62,000 nt of DNA, from assembly GCA_013239625.1 (NCBI GenBank), contig MU054117.1, forward strand, positions 2,540,011 to 2,602,010, in the 5' to 3' direction. Below are positions 47,531 through 59,744 of the stretch, in pieces. Within the stretch, counting starts at the first letter, position 1; the number at the start of each line of letters is the position of its first letter. The notes beneath the pieces are model-generated. The model saw nothing but the letters and a program-made list of their open reading frames with translations. It was not told the DNA's origin and did no database searches. This DNA is from Lama guanicoe (taxonomy: Eukaryota). Position numbers and translations under genes: made by a program.

Positions 47531-48639
47531 ACGTTGAAAGAAGTAACTTACTGACACGCTGGATGATAGACCTGGGACTTTGAATCACAAGTGTGCAGTA
47601 GTAACGCAGCAGAACTAACAGAGCTAACAAGATGGACGGTAACGGGTCCAGGTTTACCGTCGCCCCTGCAGCCCATGTCCTGTGTTTAGACTGGAAAGCT
47701 GCAGGGATTTTGAGTGGGGAGCTCTGGCTTGAAGAGCTTGAGGTGAGACGGGGCAGGTGCTGGCGCCGGTGGGGCTCTGCGTGTGATGGTCTGATGCTCA
47801 GCAGGAAGGGGAGGGGGACCGGGCTGCCCTGATGGAGGTAGGGCGTCCGCAGCCAGCCCGGCCTGCTGCTGTTTGCAGTTCCAGTTCCGTGGAGCAGAGT
47901 GTCTGGCTACCTCACCGAGTACTCTGTCGCCAGACGTTCCAGTGCACCTACTCCACACTGGGTCCTGGGGCTGCGGCGTTGATTGGATGTAGCAGGGCAG
48001 GGAAGCCGCGGGGAGGAGTGTGGGTCTGCAGGCTGCCTGAGTGACAGTGGGAGGAAGGAGGCTGTTCTGCTTTGGGGAGAAGGCTCAGGGGTGCGTGGTG
48101 CTGTCTCCTTATGTGCAGAAGGTTGGCACCCGAGAGGGGAATTTGGCCCCTGCTTTACCGCTCCAGAGGGAGGGACTCATTCTTTTAGCCAGGATAACGT
48201 GGTGATGCTAGTAAAAAGAAGTATCATCTACTATTCACTAAACGTAGTGCCTGCCGGGCACCGAGTCAGGCACCGCGTGTAGACTTCGGGCTCCTTGGCA
48301 TGGGGCATATATTGTACTTGTGGTTCCAAGGGGGTACCTGAGGCTCAGAGCAGTGCGTGACGTTTTGCTGGGACGTGATGTTGATGTGGCTGATTCCATG
48401 GCTAAGTCTCCCACGCCCCACACCCATCTCTAAGGTAGAAGGCAGAGGCGGGTGGGGCTCAGATTCAGGAACAGCTGCCTGGGGATGGAGCTGCCTGCTG
48501 AGCTCCTGGCCTCTGGGGTGTTCAAGCAGAGGGTGATGGTGCAGGATCGCCCCCGGTGGGGACCTGCCAGGGGAGGGAGGGTTGATGTAAACGAGTAACT
48601 CTAACTGGGCTCACTGGGTCCTTGGAGAACCCTCGAGGG

Positions 48640-48745
48640 AGATAGGCTTTATGCCCATTTTGCAGACGGGGAGACTGCAGCTCAAGGGCTTGCTCAAAGT
48701 TGCACAGTCCCTAAGAGACAGGACTCGAGCCTGGGTCTTCTGTCC
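48640..48745 (-). mobile_element. MIR fragment
   Basis: 'atgcccattttgcagacggggagactgcagctc...cttgctcaaagttgcacag...ggactcgagcctgggtct'. Confidence 0.7.
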
Positions 48746-49381
48746 CCACCCGTGTGTCCTCCTGCTGCCCTCCTCTGCCCCACCGACCCGCACGGCAGTC
48801 TTATCTTCTGTGTCTCATTCTGCCTGCTCCTCCCTGCTCCCTTCTGAATTGGACAGATGGCCTGAGCTCCAGAGGGGACCACGGCCAGGACATAGGCTGG
48901 TGGAGAGGGGTTCCCCAGTCAGTGTATGTGTGTCTTGGAGGCCATGAGGGCGGTTTGAAGTCTCTGGGGGCCGTATGTAACGTGGGATGGGTTGGAGTTG
49001 CCAGCACTTTGGGGCTAGTGGAGAAAGCTGCAGGATCTGAGGGACGGGTGCCCCCCCCTGACACTGCTCGGCCGCCCCTGGGCGCTGCTGTCCCTTTCCA
49101 AAAGGTGGGCGGGGGGCAGCAGATTAGGGAAGTTAATTACTCAGTCAGTTCACCCAGAGCAGACAGGCTCTCTGCTCGGGAGATGCGCTGGTGATGGAGA
49201 GAAGAAGCTGCTCACTGGCCAGCCCGGTGGGCGCTGGGAGGCAGGGAGACATCGATGCTTCCGCCAGGTTCCCTGGGCCTGTGGGCCCTGGGCCCGTTGC
49301 CTTGGTCTTGGCCTGTGTGGTGAGCTTTTCTCTTTCCTCTCTCCCTGGGCTTCTCTTCCCTCTCCCCACCCACTTTTAAAA

Positions 49382-49664
49382 TATTATGTTGAGATATATT
49401 CTCTCTATACCCACCTTGGTAAGAGTCTTTTTTCTTCAATCACGAATGGATGCTGAATTTTATCACCGTCACCCTGATACCAAAACCAGGCAAAGGCACC
49501 ACCAAAAAAAGGAAATTACAGGCCAATGTCTTTGATGAATATAGATGCAAAACTTCTCAACAAAATATCAGCAAACTGAATCCAACCACACATAGAAGAG
49601 ATCACACAGTATGATCAAGTTGGATTCATCCCAGGGTCACAAGGATGCTTCAACATAGCAAATC
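49382..49664. mobile_element. Rearranged L1 ORF2 (RT-region) fragment: two pieces in opposite orientation
   Basis: + strand 49464-49664 reads TVTLIPKPGK...NYRPMSLMNIDAKLLNKISAN*IQPHI...DQVGFIPG (one frameshift, one stop); - strand 49382-49465 reads DKIQHPFVI...TLTKVGIERIYLNII. Confidence 0.92.
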
Positions 49665-49670
49665 CTTTCC

Positions 49671-49690
49671 TTTTTTTTTTTTTTTTTTTT
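49671..49690. repeat. poly(T)20 tract
   Basis: Directly visible. Confidence 0.95.
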
Positions 49691-49734
49691 GTTGGCACGC
49701 GATACTAACAGAAGCACCGGCTGGTGGATTTTCA

Positions 49735-49860
49735 GACTTTGTTCATTTATTCAACAAGTGTTCATGGAGTCATGGGCACGGGACTAGGATGTGGCAGAAG
49801 CTGAGGGGACCCAGCAGGGATCTGACTGTGCTCTGACCTCCTGAGGCTGACAGTCCATTG
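49735..49860 (-). mobile_element. L2 3' end
   Basis: 'ttcatttattcaacaagtgttcatggag'. Confidence 0.55.
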
Positions 49861-50619
49861 GCCAGGACAGGGTCTGCCCACGTGGCTGCCTGGGCTGAGT
49901 CAGTGAGACCACGTGATGGGGGTGGCAAGGTGGGAGGGCCGGGAGGAAGGGGCTCAGAACTGGGCCATCAGCCCGAGGAGCCCCCGAGCCTGGGGGTGGG
50001 GGGGATGTTAATGGAAGCCTGGAATTGGGGCAGGCTGGTAAGAGCTGAGCGAGGCACGCAGCCCTCCCCAAGGCTGGGACAGAATGGCGGGTTCAGGGTC
50101 AGGATGGATGGCGGACGGGTGAAGGGCCTTCTCTAGAGACGATGCAGGGAGTGCTGGGTAGCTGTGCTGGTGGCCCATGCCGGGGTCGGGCCTGTCTGAG
50201 GGTGAACAAAGGCACAACTCTGTCCCCACAGCTGACGCACAGGCACGAGGGAGAGGAGCCGCCCTGCAGTGAGCTAACCCTCCCATCCTGTCCCCTCCCC
50301 TCTCCCCACCGCATCCCTCTTCATCCATTAGGCACGTCTGCGAGTGTGTGCTCAGGCTGACAGCGTGATTTTGGCAGACATGTCCCTGCTGGAGAGGGGA
50401 GATTTTGGCCAGGATCGCCTCCCCAGCTGGTGTGACTTCAGATTACTGACTGAAATGTCTCAGCGCCCTGTTGGTGGTCATGTGCAGATGTCTCTTTAGG
50501 AGATGGACCGAACGGGGCAGTGGGGTCTTACACCCCGAAGTCTCTAGTTTGGGCAGGTTTGCTTGAGGTGGTGGGACCTGAGTAGCTACTTAAGTGGTGG
50601 AACCAGTAGCCCCCTCCTC

Positions 50620-50775
50620 TGGAGGGGGTTCTGTAACAGAGGAGGTTATTGAAGTCCTGCCTCCAGAAATTTTGACTCAATAAGGCCAGAGAGGGCCCAA
50701 GCATCTGCACTTGGTACCAACACCCAAGGATTCTGAGGTGGGTGGCCTGGGCACCCCACTGCGAGAACACGGCAC
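50620..50775. mobile_element. hAT-Charlie MITE remnant (MER5/MER117-like)
   Basis: 'ctccagaaattttgactcaataagg...gggcccaagcatctgcactt...gattctgaggtgggtgg...gagaacac'. Confidence 0.5.
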
Positions 50776-50887
50776 TGGATGGTAGTGGGGAGGCTCGGCT
50801 TAGGGGTTGCCTGGAGCCAGTAACCTCACCTTCCATACAATGATGTCTCTGCATTTGGGGGGAGTCACTTCTGTGAAATCCCTTTCA

Positions 50888-51309
50888 TGGACCCAGAGAT
50901 GATCATACTAAGTGAAGTAAGTCAGACAAAGACAAATATCATACGATGTCACTTATATGTGGAATCTAAAAAAATGACAGAAATAAACTTATTTACAAAG
51001 CAGAAAGAGATTCACAGACATAGAAAAAAAAATTTATGGTTGCCAGTGAGGGGAAAGGAGGGAGGGAGGGATAAATTGGGAGTTTGGGATTGGCAGATAC
51101 AAACTACTGTGTACAGAAAAGATAAACAACAAGGTCCTACTGCACAGCACAGGGAACTAGATTCAACGGCTTATAGTAAGTAACCTGTGATGAAAAAGAA
51201 TATGAAACAGAATATATACATGTATAACTGAATCACTATGCTGTACATCAGAAGCTAACACAATATGGTAAATCAGCTATCGTTCAACTTATAAAATGGG
51301 GGGAGAAAA
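50888..51309 (+). mobile_element. L1 3' end (ORF2 last codons + 3'UTR) with perfect TSD
   Basis: Begins MDPEMIILSEVSQT (L1 ORF2 C-terminal motif); 3'UTR collinear with 694-1105; perfect 13-bp TSD gaaatccctttca at 50875-50887 and 51310-51322. Confidence 0.95.
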
Positions 51310-53174
51310 GAAATCCCTTTCAACAAGGTACATTTTCCCCTGTAAACGCAGGCTGCTGTTGCTTTTGCAGTTACGGCAGAGATGTTCAGAGGAGTCTGAC
51401 TGATGGAAGCTGGGGGGGGAGACGTGGAGCACGTGGTCTCTGAAGGCCCCCAGCTTCTGCATCTCCCTCTAACAGCCGAAGTCAGAGGACTTCCCGCCCC
51501 CGCCCCCTGGGTTGCGTGTCGGGTCTGTTTCTCTGAGGTGCGGGTGGCTGGCTCCGTCCTGAGGAGGCGGGGAAGCAGGCCCCAGAGCTCTGTAACTGCA
51601 GCACCTCTGGCCCTCCTTCCTGCCCCCCGGGGTTAATGTTGCTGTTAGAGCCGAGGCCGTGGCTGGGCGCCCCGGGCGTGTGTGACCTGTCCTGCCCTGG
51701 GTTTTGCTAGTGTCCTGTGGTGAGAGGCTGTGGGTGGGAAGAGCTTGCCCGGGGTCCCCGTTCTGTGCGGTGCTTCTCAAGCCGGCTCCTGGTGGCTGGA
51801 CGTCCTGCAGAGGGAGGGGGCTTGGAGCAGGACCTCCAAGCTGCGCACTTCAAGGGGCCCTCTCCCCAGAGGACACAGTGTAACTGTCCCCTGGAGTTGG
51901 GTGGAGGCGGCCCCTCCCTGAAAGGGCTGCAGGTTGGGACACCCCTGTTTCGCCACAAACCCCTCTTCGTTCCTGGTCCTGTGGTCTTTATTTTTGGGTT
52001 TGGTGCCCAGTGGGTCACCAGACGAGTTGCAGTAGTGATGATACTGACCACAGCAAGCGAGACTGGATTGTCCCTATACGCTTCCATCACGCGTGGGTTT
52101 GAATAGACCTAGAAATTGTCGTTTAGTCAACAAGTGTTTGTGAGCATGGCTGTGAGCCTTGCTCGGTGCCAGGTCACTGGGGGCACTGAGAAGGGAGAAG
52201 GGGTCGGGGAGCTCAGAGGATGAGCTGGTCCTGGTACTCGAGGCTCTGCCCCTGCAGCCTGTCTGCATCCTTGTCTGTCTCTCTTCATCAGGTCCTGGTG
52301 GTTGGGTGCTGTGCGAGCTCTAGTGTTGCTGGAATTTCTAGGGGTAGGCAGGGTGGGGCTGGGAGTCATTCTGTTGTGGAAACCCAGGGGTCACATTCAG
52401 AAATGGAATCTGGGTGTGCCCAGTGCAGCCCTTGACTCACTTTCCCAAGGCTGGTGGATTTGAGGGTGTGGATGGGAGTTTCCGGTCCCTGCAGAGCAGG
52501 GCTGCTGTTACAGAGGATGGTCACCCCCCACCCCCAGCTCTCGAGGTCAGCACTCCTCCGTGAATTAGCTGCTCCTGCCTCCAGCCCCGGGCCACCAGCC
52601 CGCTGTGGCGACGTGCTACAGCTGGGCCTGCAGAGCTTAAAATAGCCGTGTGAGCTGGCCGCCTTGCATGCGGGGCGCCCGCCGGAGGCGTGATGGGGCA
52701 GCTGCCTGGGGAAGGGGCACCAGTGGCTCTCACCCATGGGGTGGACAGAGTCCTTTGGGGGTTGCTCCGGGCACAGGGCTGGGGGACAAGGGGGCGGTGT
52801 GGTTGAGGACTCAGGTATGTCTGGTGCAGAGGCGAAGCCAAGAGCTTGTCTTTCCTAAGACCTTTTAAGGGAAGGCCTCGAACCTGACCTCAGGGCCTCC
52901 CGGCGGTGTCAGAGGCCTTCAGACGCAGCATCCTGTTTGGCTCCGGCCCTTGGTGCTTGCTCAGGGTTAGCCATGTAGGGTTCCGTTCAGCCTAAGTGGG
53001 ACGAGAAAGCAAGACGCAGAAGTGGGATGGGGGGCGGCTGGGCCAGGTCACAGCCTTGAGTCCCAGCCAGGCAGGCACTGACCACTGGGGCTCCAGCCCC
53101 CCTGCTGCCCCCTCCTGGGAGCAAGACAGCACCGAGAGGAAACGGTAGAGACCTCCTCCAGGCTTCCCTTCACT

Positions 53175-53685
53175 CGACAAGTATTAGTTGAGGACCTGCC
53201 ATGTGTAAAGCTTTCCTGGCCCTGGAAACACAGCAGTTAATGAAACAGAGCAAAACCCTGCCTTCATGAAGCTTAGTTCTGGTGAGCGGGAGATCGCAAG
53301 CCATCGATTAATAAAAAAAGCAAGTTGCCTCGTCTGCTGGGGATAAGTGGTGTGGAAAGACGGGAATGGGGTGGCACTGAGTGTGCTGGGGGAGGTCCGG
53401 AGTTGGACGGGGAGGTCCTGGAGGAGATGGTGTCGGTGGACTGTGACAGAGACGTGAGCTGACAGTGGAGACACCTCAGGGAGGGGCGTCCCAAAGGAGG
53501 GAAAGGCCAGCGCGGAGGCTCGACAGTGAGGATCAGCAGGAAGGAAGTGTGGCCCGAGTGGAGACGGTGAGCGGGCTGGACGCGGCGGGTGTGAATGGTG
53601 GCAGCACGTGAGGACTCTGTCTGTCACACTGAGAGGGAGATGGGAAGCCGTTAGAGGGTTTTGAGCAGGGCAGGGACCTGGTCTC
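53175..53685 (-). mobile_element. L2 (L2a-like) 3' region
   Basis: 'acacagcagttaatgaaacagagcaaaaccctgccttcatgaagcttagttctgg' and 'gggagatgggaagccgttagagggttttgagcagg'. Confidence 0.8.
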
Positions 53686-54984
53686 ATCCACGTCAGAGGG
53701 CCTGTCGTACGGGAGCTGATGTCAGTGGTCTTTCTCTGGTTACTAGGCCACCCGCGGGGGACCGCAGGAGACCAGACGGAGAGCCACCCATTCCTCCCCC
53801 GTGGCCTGCTGGGTTCTTCTCCTTGCCTTGGAGTTTCTTCTGGAGGGAGGATGCTGGGCTGTTACCAGGGGTTGCTGGAACCTGTCTGTACTACGAGCCT
53901 GTCAGTAAAAGATCAGAAAATTTGCCCACAGGCTGTTACACTGCTTGTAGCTTGAGACTGGCCGCAGTGGGAGTGCTTACACCATGGGGAGTGGCAGGCA
54001 CCACAGGTCGCGGCTTGTCCCCTCAGACTGGCTGCTCAGCATGCCAGCCACTGCTGGCCCGTGGTGCCCAGTCTCCCTGTGCGGGGGTTCTGGGGGTTGG
54101 GGCCGCTGCCTGCTTTCATCGGCAGGCACCTGTGTATCTGCTGTGTGGGGCCAGAGCACGGGGGATGTGATGGCCAGGGGTGACTTGGGGGTGCTGGGGG
54201 CACCGAAGTTTCCGCAGCATGTCCCACGGAGTGGTGATGAGGGCTTCTCTCTTGTCCCTGGCTGGGCGGTCCTGGAGCCTGGGGCCTCTCACACCACTTC
54301 TCCCCTCCCCTCCCTGCCCTCTGCATGGGCAGGGTGGCTCTGCCCTGCCTCTGGATGCAGGAGCAGGGTCCAGCATGGGCCCTGGGAAAACCACTTGGCA
54401 TAAGGAGGGGTCTGGTTAGGAGGGAGGCGCCGGAGGCGCCGGTCCCAGCCCTGCCACGAAGTTGCTCAGACGAGCCCTCTGCTCCGCGGTCCTGGTCTCC
54501 TCACATGTCACTGGGACGGCCGCCCTGCTGTGTCCCACACACACACGGGGTGAGGGCCGCACCTGGAACCACTGATTCCCAGTGGTCACACCGTGGCACT
54601 GGGTGTGCAGACACCTGGGGCCTCTCCTCCAGTGGGAGGGACAACCGGCATATACGCACCTCCTCCAGGAAGCCTTCCCAGACAGGCGGGGCCTTCCCGG
54701 GCAGGGCCTCCAGCCCTTGGCTCATGCCGTCCACTCCGGCTCGTGCTCGAGCTGCCCTTTCAGCCTGTGGCCCCTCCCCCAGCTGGCCGCTGGCTCCTCG
54801 GGCCTGCAGCGGGTGCGGGGAGTCTTCAGTGGTTGGGCACCAGTGTCCATGTCCGTTGTCTTTGGTGCAGCCCGTGAAGGTGCTGGCTGGTTGTCGTGTG
54901 TGTGGGTGGAAGGTCTGGGGTGCAGTATGGCCCATGGATGAAGCCCCTTCCCAGCAATGCCTCTCTCCCCCCGCCAGTCAGACC

Positions 54985-55130
54985 TTACCCCCCTCTACAG
55001 ATGAGGAAATGGAAGTACTCATTCATTCATTCGTTCGTTCATTAATTCAAAAACTGCTTACTCTGCTCCGAGAGCTGGAGGTCTGCAGTCCAGTTCACAC
55101 AGGTGTCCGAGCTGGGCCTGTGCCTGACTT
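54985..55130 (-). mobile_element. MIR core followed by an L2 tail
   Basis: 'tacagatgaggaaatgga' then '(tcat)n cgttcgttcattaattcaaaa'. Confidence 0.5.
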
Positions 55131-58069
55131 CCCGCTGGATGAATGTGTGTGCCGTGCTGTCTGCGGGGACAGGGAGAGTGGGCATCCGTGGAGGATGCGA
55201 GATCAAGTGAGGGAGGGGCGGCGCCAGTGCTCAGTGCCTGTTCCTGCTGTGTCTGTCCTGTCCGGCCGAGGCTGCGGGCTGGCATTTCCTCTGGCAGTGG
55301 CATGGAGGAGGGGAAGAGCAGGTGTGCCCTGGCGCCCAGCCCGACTGGGATATGGAAGTGCCCCCTGGGGCTGGAGCCTGGGGGATGAGTGACACGCTGC
55401 CACCCAGACGCATCAGGCCTGATGGAGCCCAGCCACATTCTCTAAGCTCCAGGCTGGACATCTGAGCTCCCGGGGTTCAGGAGGTGACCGAATCTGGCTG
55501 GTGACCCCACAGAGGGCCTCCAGGGGGAGGGAGGACACATGGTGGTGATCTAGCAAGGGTGAGCACCCACCAGACAGGCTGAGGGCTGGGTTGCGGGGTG
55601 TCCAATTCCTGGGTCGAGCTGAGGACGTATGGTGAATGCGGGTGAGGCTCGGGGTCTGGGAGTGAGGGCACAGGTCAGGGACTTGGGGGCACAGGCTGAT
55701 AGTACAGCACTGGTCTTGAACACCAAGCCTGAGTATTTGTCTTAAATCCCTAGGGAGCCAGAGAAGGTTTCGAGCGGGTGAGAGGGGCAGCGTGGCACCT
55801 CAGGACTCCGTCTCAGCACAGGGATGGTGGCAGCCTGTGGCAGGGTTAATTAGGAGAGGGACTGAAGATAGGGGCCTGAGGAGGTGGGGAGCCTGGGGCG
55901 GGTGGGAGGCAGAGCTGGGCCAGCAGGAGCCTCTGTTTTCAGGGTTGTGTGTGCCGTTTGCAGCCTGGGCAGGTGTTGAGCAAGTCTGAGTCTACCTCAT
56001 GTGTGATTGGATTACAACAGGAATGCTCCTGGGTCAGAGCAGCTCAAGGGAGACTGTGGGAAGAACTTTCAGGAACTCTAAGAGTTTTGGTAGCCGGACC
56101 GCAGACGAAAGCATGTGGTGGGTGAGCCTTTTCACCTCGAGTACTTTGAGATGAGAACGATGCCTCCAGGCCTGGGACAGACCAGCTGCTGCTCCGAGGC
56201 CCTCTCCGGGGTCCCCTCGCCCTGGATGGCAGCCCCTTGGGCACGGGTCAGCCGGTGGTGGGCGGAAGGGAGGTCAGTGGCGGTTGCCTCACTTAACAAA
56301 GTGGCCAGTGGAGGTTCAGAGACTCCACATGACCTCACGCTTCTGAGACCTGAGTCCGCAGACAGCCCAGTTCTACCTAACAGGGGTGTCCAGGTGCGTC
56401 TCCCCCGACTTCTCGTTCCCTTCAGCTGGGGTGGGGTGTGTGTGCAGCCTCCTTACTCCCCATGGCCTCAGGGCAGGTAGGATCGGGGGTAGTGCTCTTT
56501 CTCCGTCTCATTTATAGCATCTCCCAGTGCCACATGGGTGCTGTTCTGCCTGCAGTGGTTCCAGGCTCAGTGGAGGGAGGAGGAGAGGAGGCAGCAGCTC
56601 CTGAGTCAGCGGAAGGGTCCCAGCTGCACGGGCCGGCTCGCGGGCAGACTGGCTGCTGGGTCAGAGAGTACTGTCCTGGCTGGCAAGTGAATGCCCTCCA
56701 CAGAGTGGTTCAGGGATATTGGATTTGCTGGGTCAGGAAATTCCACGGGAGCATGGCAGTAAACCTCAGCCTTCATCACACTTCCCTGTGCCTGGCGGCC
56801 TGGCCTTATCTCATCCTCCCTGAGCCACCTGCCCTCCCTGATAAGTGCTAATCACAAGCGCTTTCTTGCTCCTCTGTGTGCGCGCGCGTGAATGGCCCCG
56901 AGTGTGCCTGCCCCACACAGTGGGCAAGGGCACGTCTGTCTGTCAGCACAAGGGCCTTGCACAGCAGGCCCTCGGGGGGATCCGATAGAGATGCTCATTG
57001 GACTTGGGATGAAAGATGGGGCTTGTTTGGGACTTGCCTAGAGAAAAGGGCCTGGGAGCCCAGGGTGGGCAGCTCCCCGGGTGGGCCCCCAGCCTGCGGC
57101 CTCTGCTGCACCCACCCCGGGAACCTGCTCCAGGGGGAGGCGTGGGTGCCCTCTGGTGAGGCTCATTCTTCTGAGGAGTGGCTGTCACCTTGCTTGAGAC
57201 CCCCACAAGCCCTCCCTCTCCGTGTGTATGCTTGGCAGGGACTGGAGAACCCCTGCTCTTCGCCACGGGCTGGGGTATAGAGATGCCCCCCGCCCCCGCC
57301 CCATGCCCCACGGGCCTACAGTCTGGGGGTGGGGACGTCGATGAACAGGCAGTTCTGTGGTAGGACAGACTCAGGTGCTGATGCTCCAAGAAGAGGCCCT
57401 GGCCGCCTCTCCAGACCCCTCAGAGGAGGCGAGAGCAGCCGAGATGCCAGCTGGGCTGCGGAAATTAGCAGGCAGGATGCGGGAGGTTCCAAAAGCAAGT
57501 GCCAAGGCTGGGCCAGGAGGACATGGCGAGGTTCCTCTGTGGAGGTTAGCCCGGAAGGTGTCAGGGATGGCGTCGCTGGGGCTGGGGGTGGGGGACCACT
57601 GGCCGCCAGGGCCACTTCTGGTCCAACGCCACCTCCCTTCCCAGCCCCCTTTCCGTGAGGCTTCACTCCAGCTGCAGCGTGGACTTGTCCTCCCTGGGCG
57701 TCCCGGGCCCTCTTCTTCCTCTGGCTTTGCCCAGCTTTTCCCCAACCAGGACCCTCTTCTTCCTGCCCTGTCCTGTCCTGCCCATCTTCCAAGAAACAAA
57801 TTAGGTCCCATGCTGGGGGCTCAGAAGCCAAGTCAGGCCCAGGTGAACATTCAGGTGTCCTCAGCATGTGGATGGCATGGGGACAGATGTGGTGACAAAA
57901 GTAGGCGTGTTGGGCAGAGGAGAGGACGACCGGGACCCAGGCCAGCACCTGCCCTTAGAATCTGAGCCTGGAACACTTTGTATCGACTATGTCTCGTCTT
58001 GCATCTTTCTCTGTTCAGTCATGATTCGATGGGGACTGGGACCATACTTACTGCAATAACTATTCTTGT

Positions 58070-58310
58070 TGATAATGAGAGTAGCGTCTCAATTCACTGA
58101 ACATCTTCCATGTCAGATGGGCGGCGTGCATTCCATTCACAACCTTCAGTCTCTGTTTTTTACATGCTGCTCGGGAAGTGCGTGTCATCTCCATCTCACG
58201 GCTGGGGAAACTGAGATACAGAGCCGGCAGGTGGTCACCCCAGGTTGCCCAGCACTTGGGTACTTCACTGCAGATGGCATTTGGACACAGATCCCCCTGG
58301 TCCCAAAGCC
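58070..58310 (-). mobile_element. MIR
   Basis: 'aattcactgaacatcttccatgtcag...catctccatctcacggctggggaaactgaga...gcatttggacacagatc'. Confidence 0.6.
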
Positions 58311-59459
58311 CGAAGTTTGCAGGATATTGTTCTCTGTGGTCAGGTCGGGCGGTGGGTACAGACTGGGGTCACTGAGGGCCTCTGAGCATATGTTGTCCTT
58401 TCTCCCAGATCCAGGCCCAGCTGCCCCACGGTTTGGGGCACGCAGGGTGTGCTGAGTGGGGCTGGCTTTGAGATGATCCCTCCCTACCTCATCTGGTTCC
58501 TCTCAGGTCCCGAAGCCTCACTGAGAGCTCTCGGCCGGGTCAGGAGTGGGCTGGCTGGTCTGGAGCTGTGATCCGATCCTTGGAGCTGAGCTAACTGTCC
58601 ACAGTATCAGCAGCGCATGCTCTGATGGGCCTGCTCACCAGTCCCTCGTAGGTGTGGACACATGGCTGAGGTCTCTTCACGGGCAGGAGTGGCCTCCACC
58701 TTTTGGGCCTTGAGATGTGATGGCAGAATGGGGGAGTCTGCACAGGTCCACCAGGGACTTGGGGCTGGATGCAAGTGCCTTCATCAAGCTGGTCACCCAG
58801 ACTGGGGAGGACCTGGAAGAGCTCTGTCCTCTATCTTGTCCAGTCTCAGTCCTCTCTTTTCCCCACCTCCTGTCTTTCCTGACTCCTCTCTGCTCCATGA
58901 GTTTGTGTGTATTCTCGTCTGTCTGTTTCTCCGTCCGTCCCAGGCTAGGTCACATGCTGGGGATGTGGCTGTGAACAGGCTGACCACGTGGTCTCACACT
59001 CTGTTACCAAAGCTGGGCCCTTCCGTCCCTCACTAGGTCCCGATGCCCTCGACAGCCTGCTTCCCAGGAAAATCCCATACGCTCTGGCTCGGGTCCCACC
59101 CTCTGGTGAGTGAGCTTGGGCTCTTGAGTGGTCCAGGGGGAGAACCTAGGGCCTGGGCCTGGTGGGCTTCCCTGCTGTCCACCTGCCAACCCATTCTGAG
59201 CACCTGCCCTGACTGAGGTGGTGACCGGGATAGGGGCCGGGGCTGACACAATGATTAAGACACAGCCCCTGCCTCCTTCGAGAAGCCCCGCGGTCAGAGC
59301 AGGGGCAGGTGGGTAAACTAATTTGTCTGGACGAGGAGCTGGGGGCTGGAAGGAGGAGGATGAGCCCTTCCCCAGGGAAGAAGGTGGCGGCACCCATGGT
59401 AGACAGCCTGAGCGATTCATCTCTCTCTAATCTTCTAAAGTGGATCCTCCTGCTGCAGC

Positions 59460-59545
59460 CAAACCCTCTTGTTTGTTTGTTTTCCTTATCAGTCTCAGAA
59501 GCTAAACAAATGACAAGCAAACACAATGACCTTTAGTTCCTTTCT
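59460..59545. promoter_or_regulatory. Candidate FOX/GATA/nuclear-receptor enhancer
   Basis: TGTTTGTTTGTTT 59470-59482, CTTATCA 59485-59491, TAAACAAA 59503-59510, GCAAACA 59517-59523, TGACCTTT 59527-59534. Confidence 0.45.
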
Positions 59546-59744
59546 ACCCTGACCCTTTTACCATCATGGTCGCCCTTCGTGAACCCTGGCCAAGTCTGGT
59601 GACACGTGGCCCAGGAGCTGTTCAATTTCCACAGCCAATAGGAGACCTGCCCCTGTCCTAGACCCTCCTGCTGAGTGAATCTCCCTGCGAACATCCTGGG
59701 GTGTGGCCCCTGCTGGGGACCTCTCCATCCTTTTATCTCTCTCT

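Noticed and set aside
50887..51183. ORF MDPEMIILSEVSQT...
   Set aside because: It is the decayed L1 ORF2 C-terminus reading into the 3'UTR, not a gene
54325..55392. Longest ORF (355 aa)
   Set aside because: Pro/Gly/Ser/Arg/Cys-rich composition with no recognisable domain; runs through MIR/L2 remnants; expected by chance in GC-rich DNA
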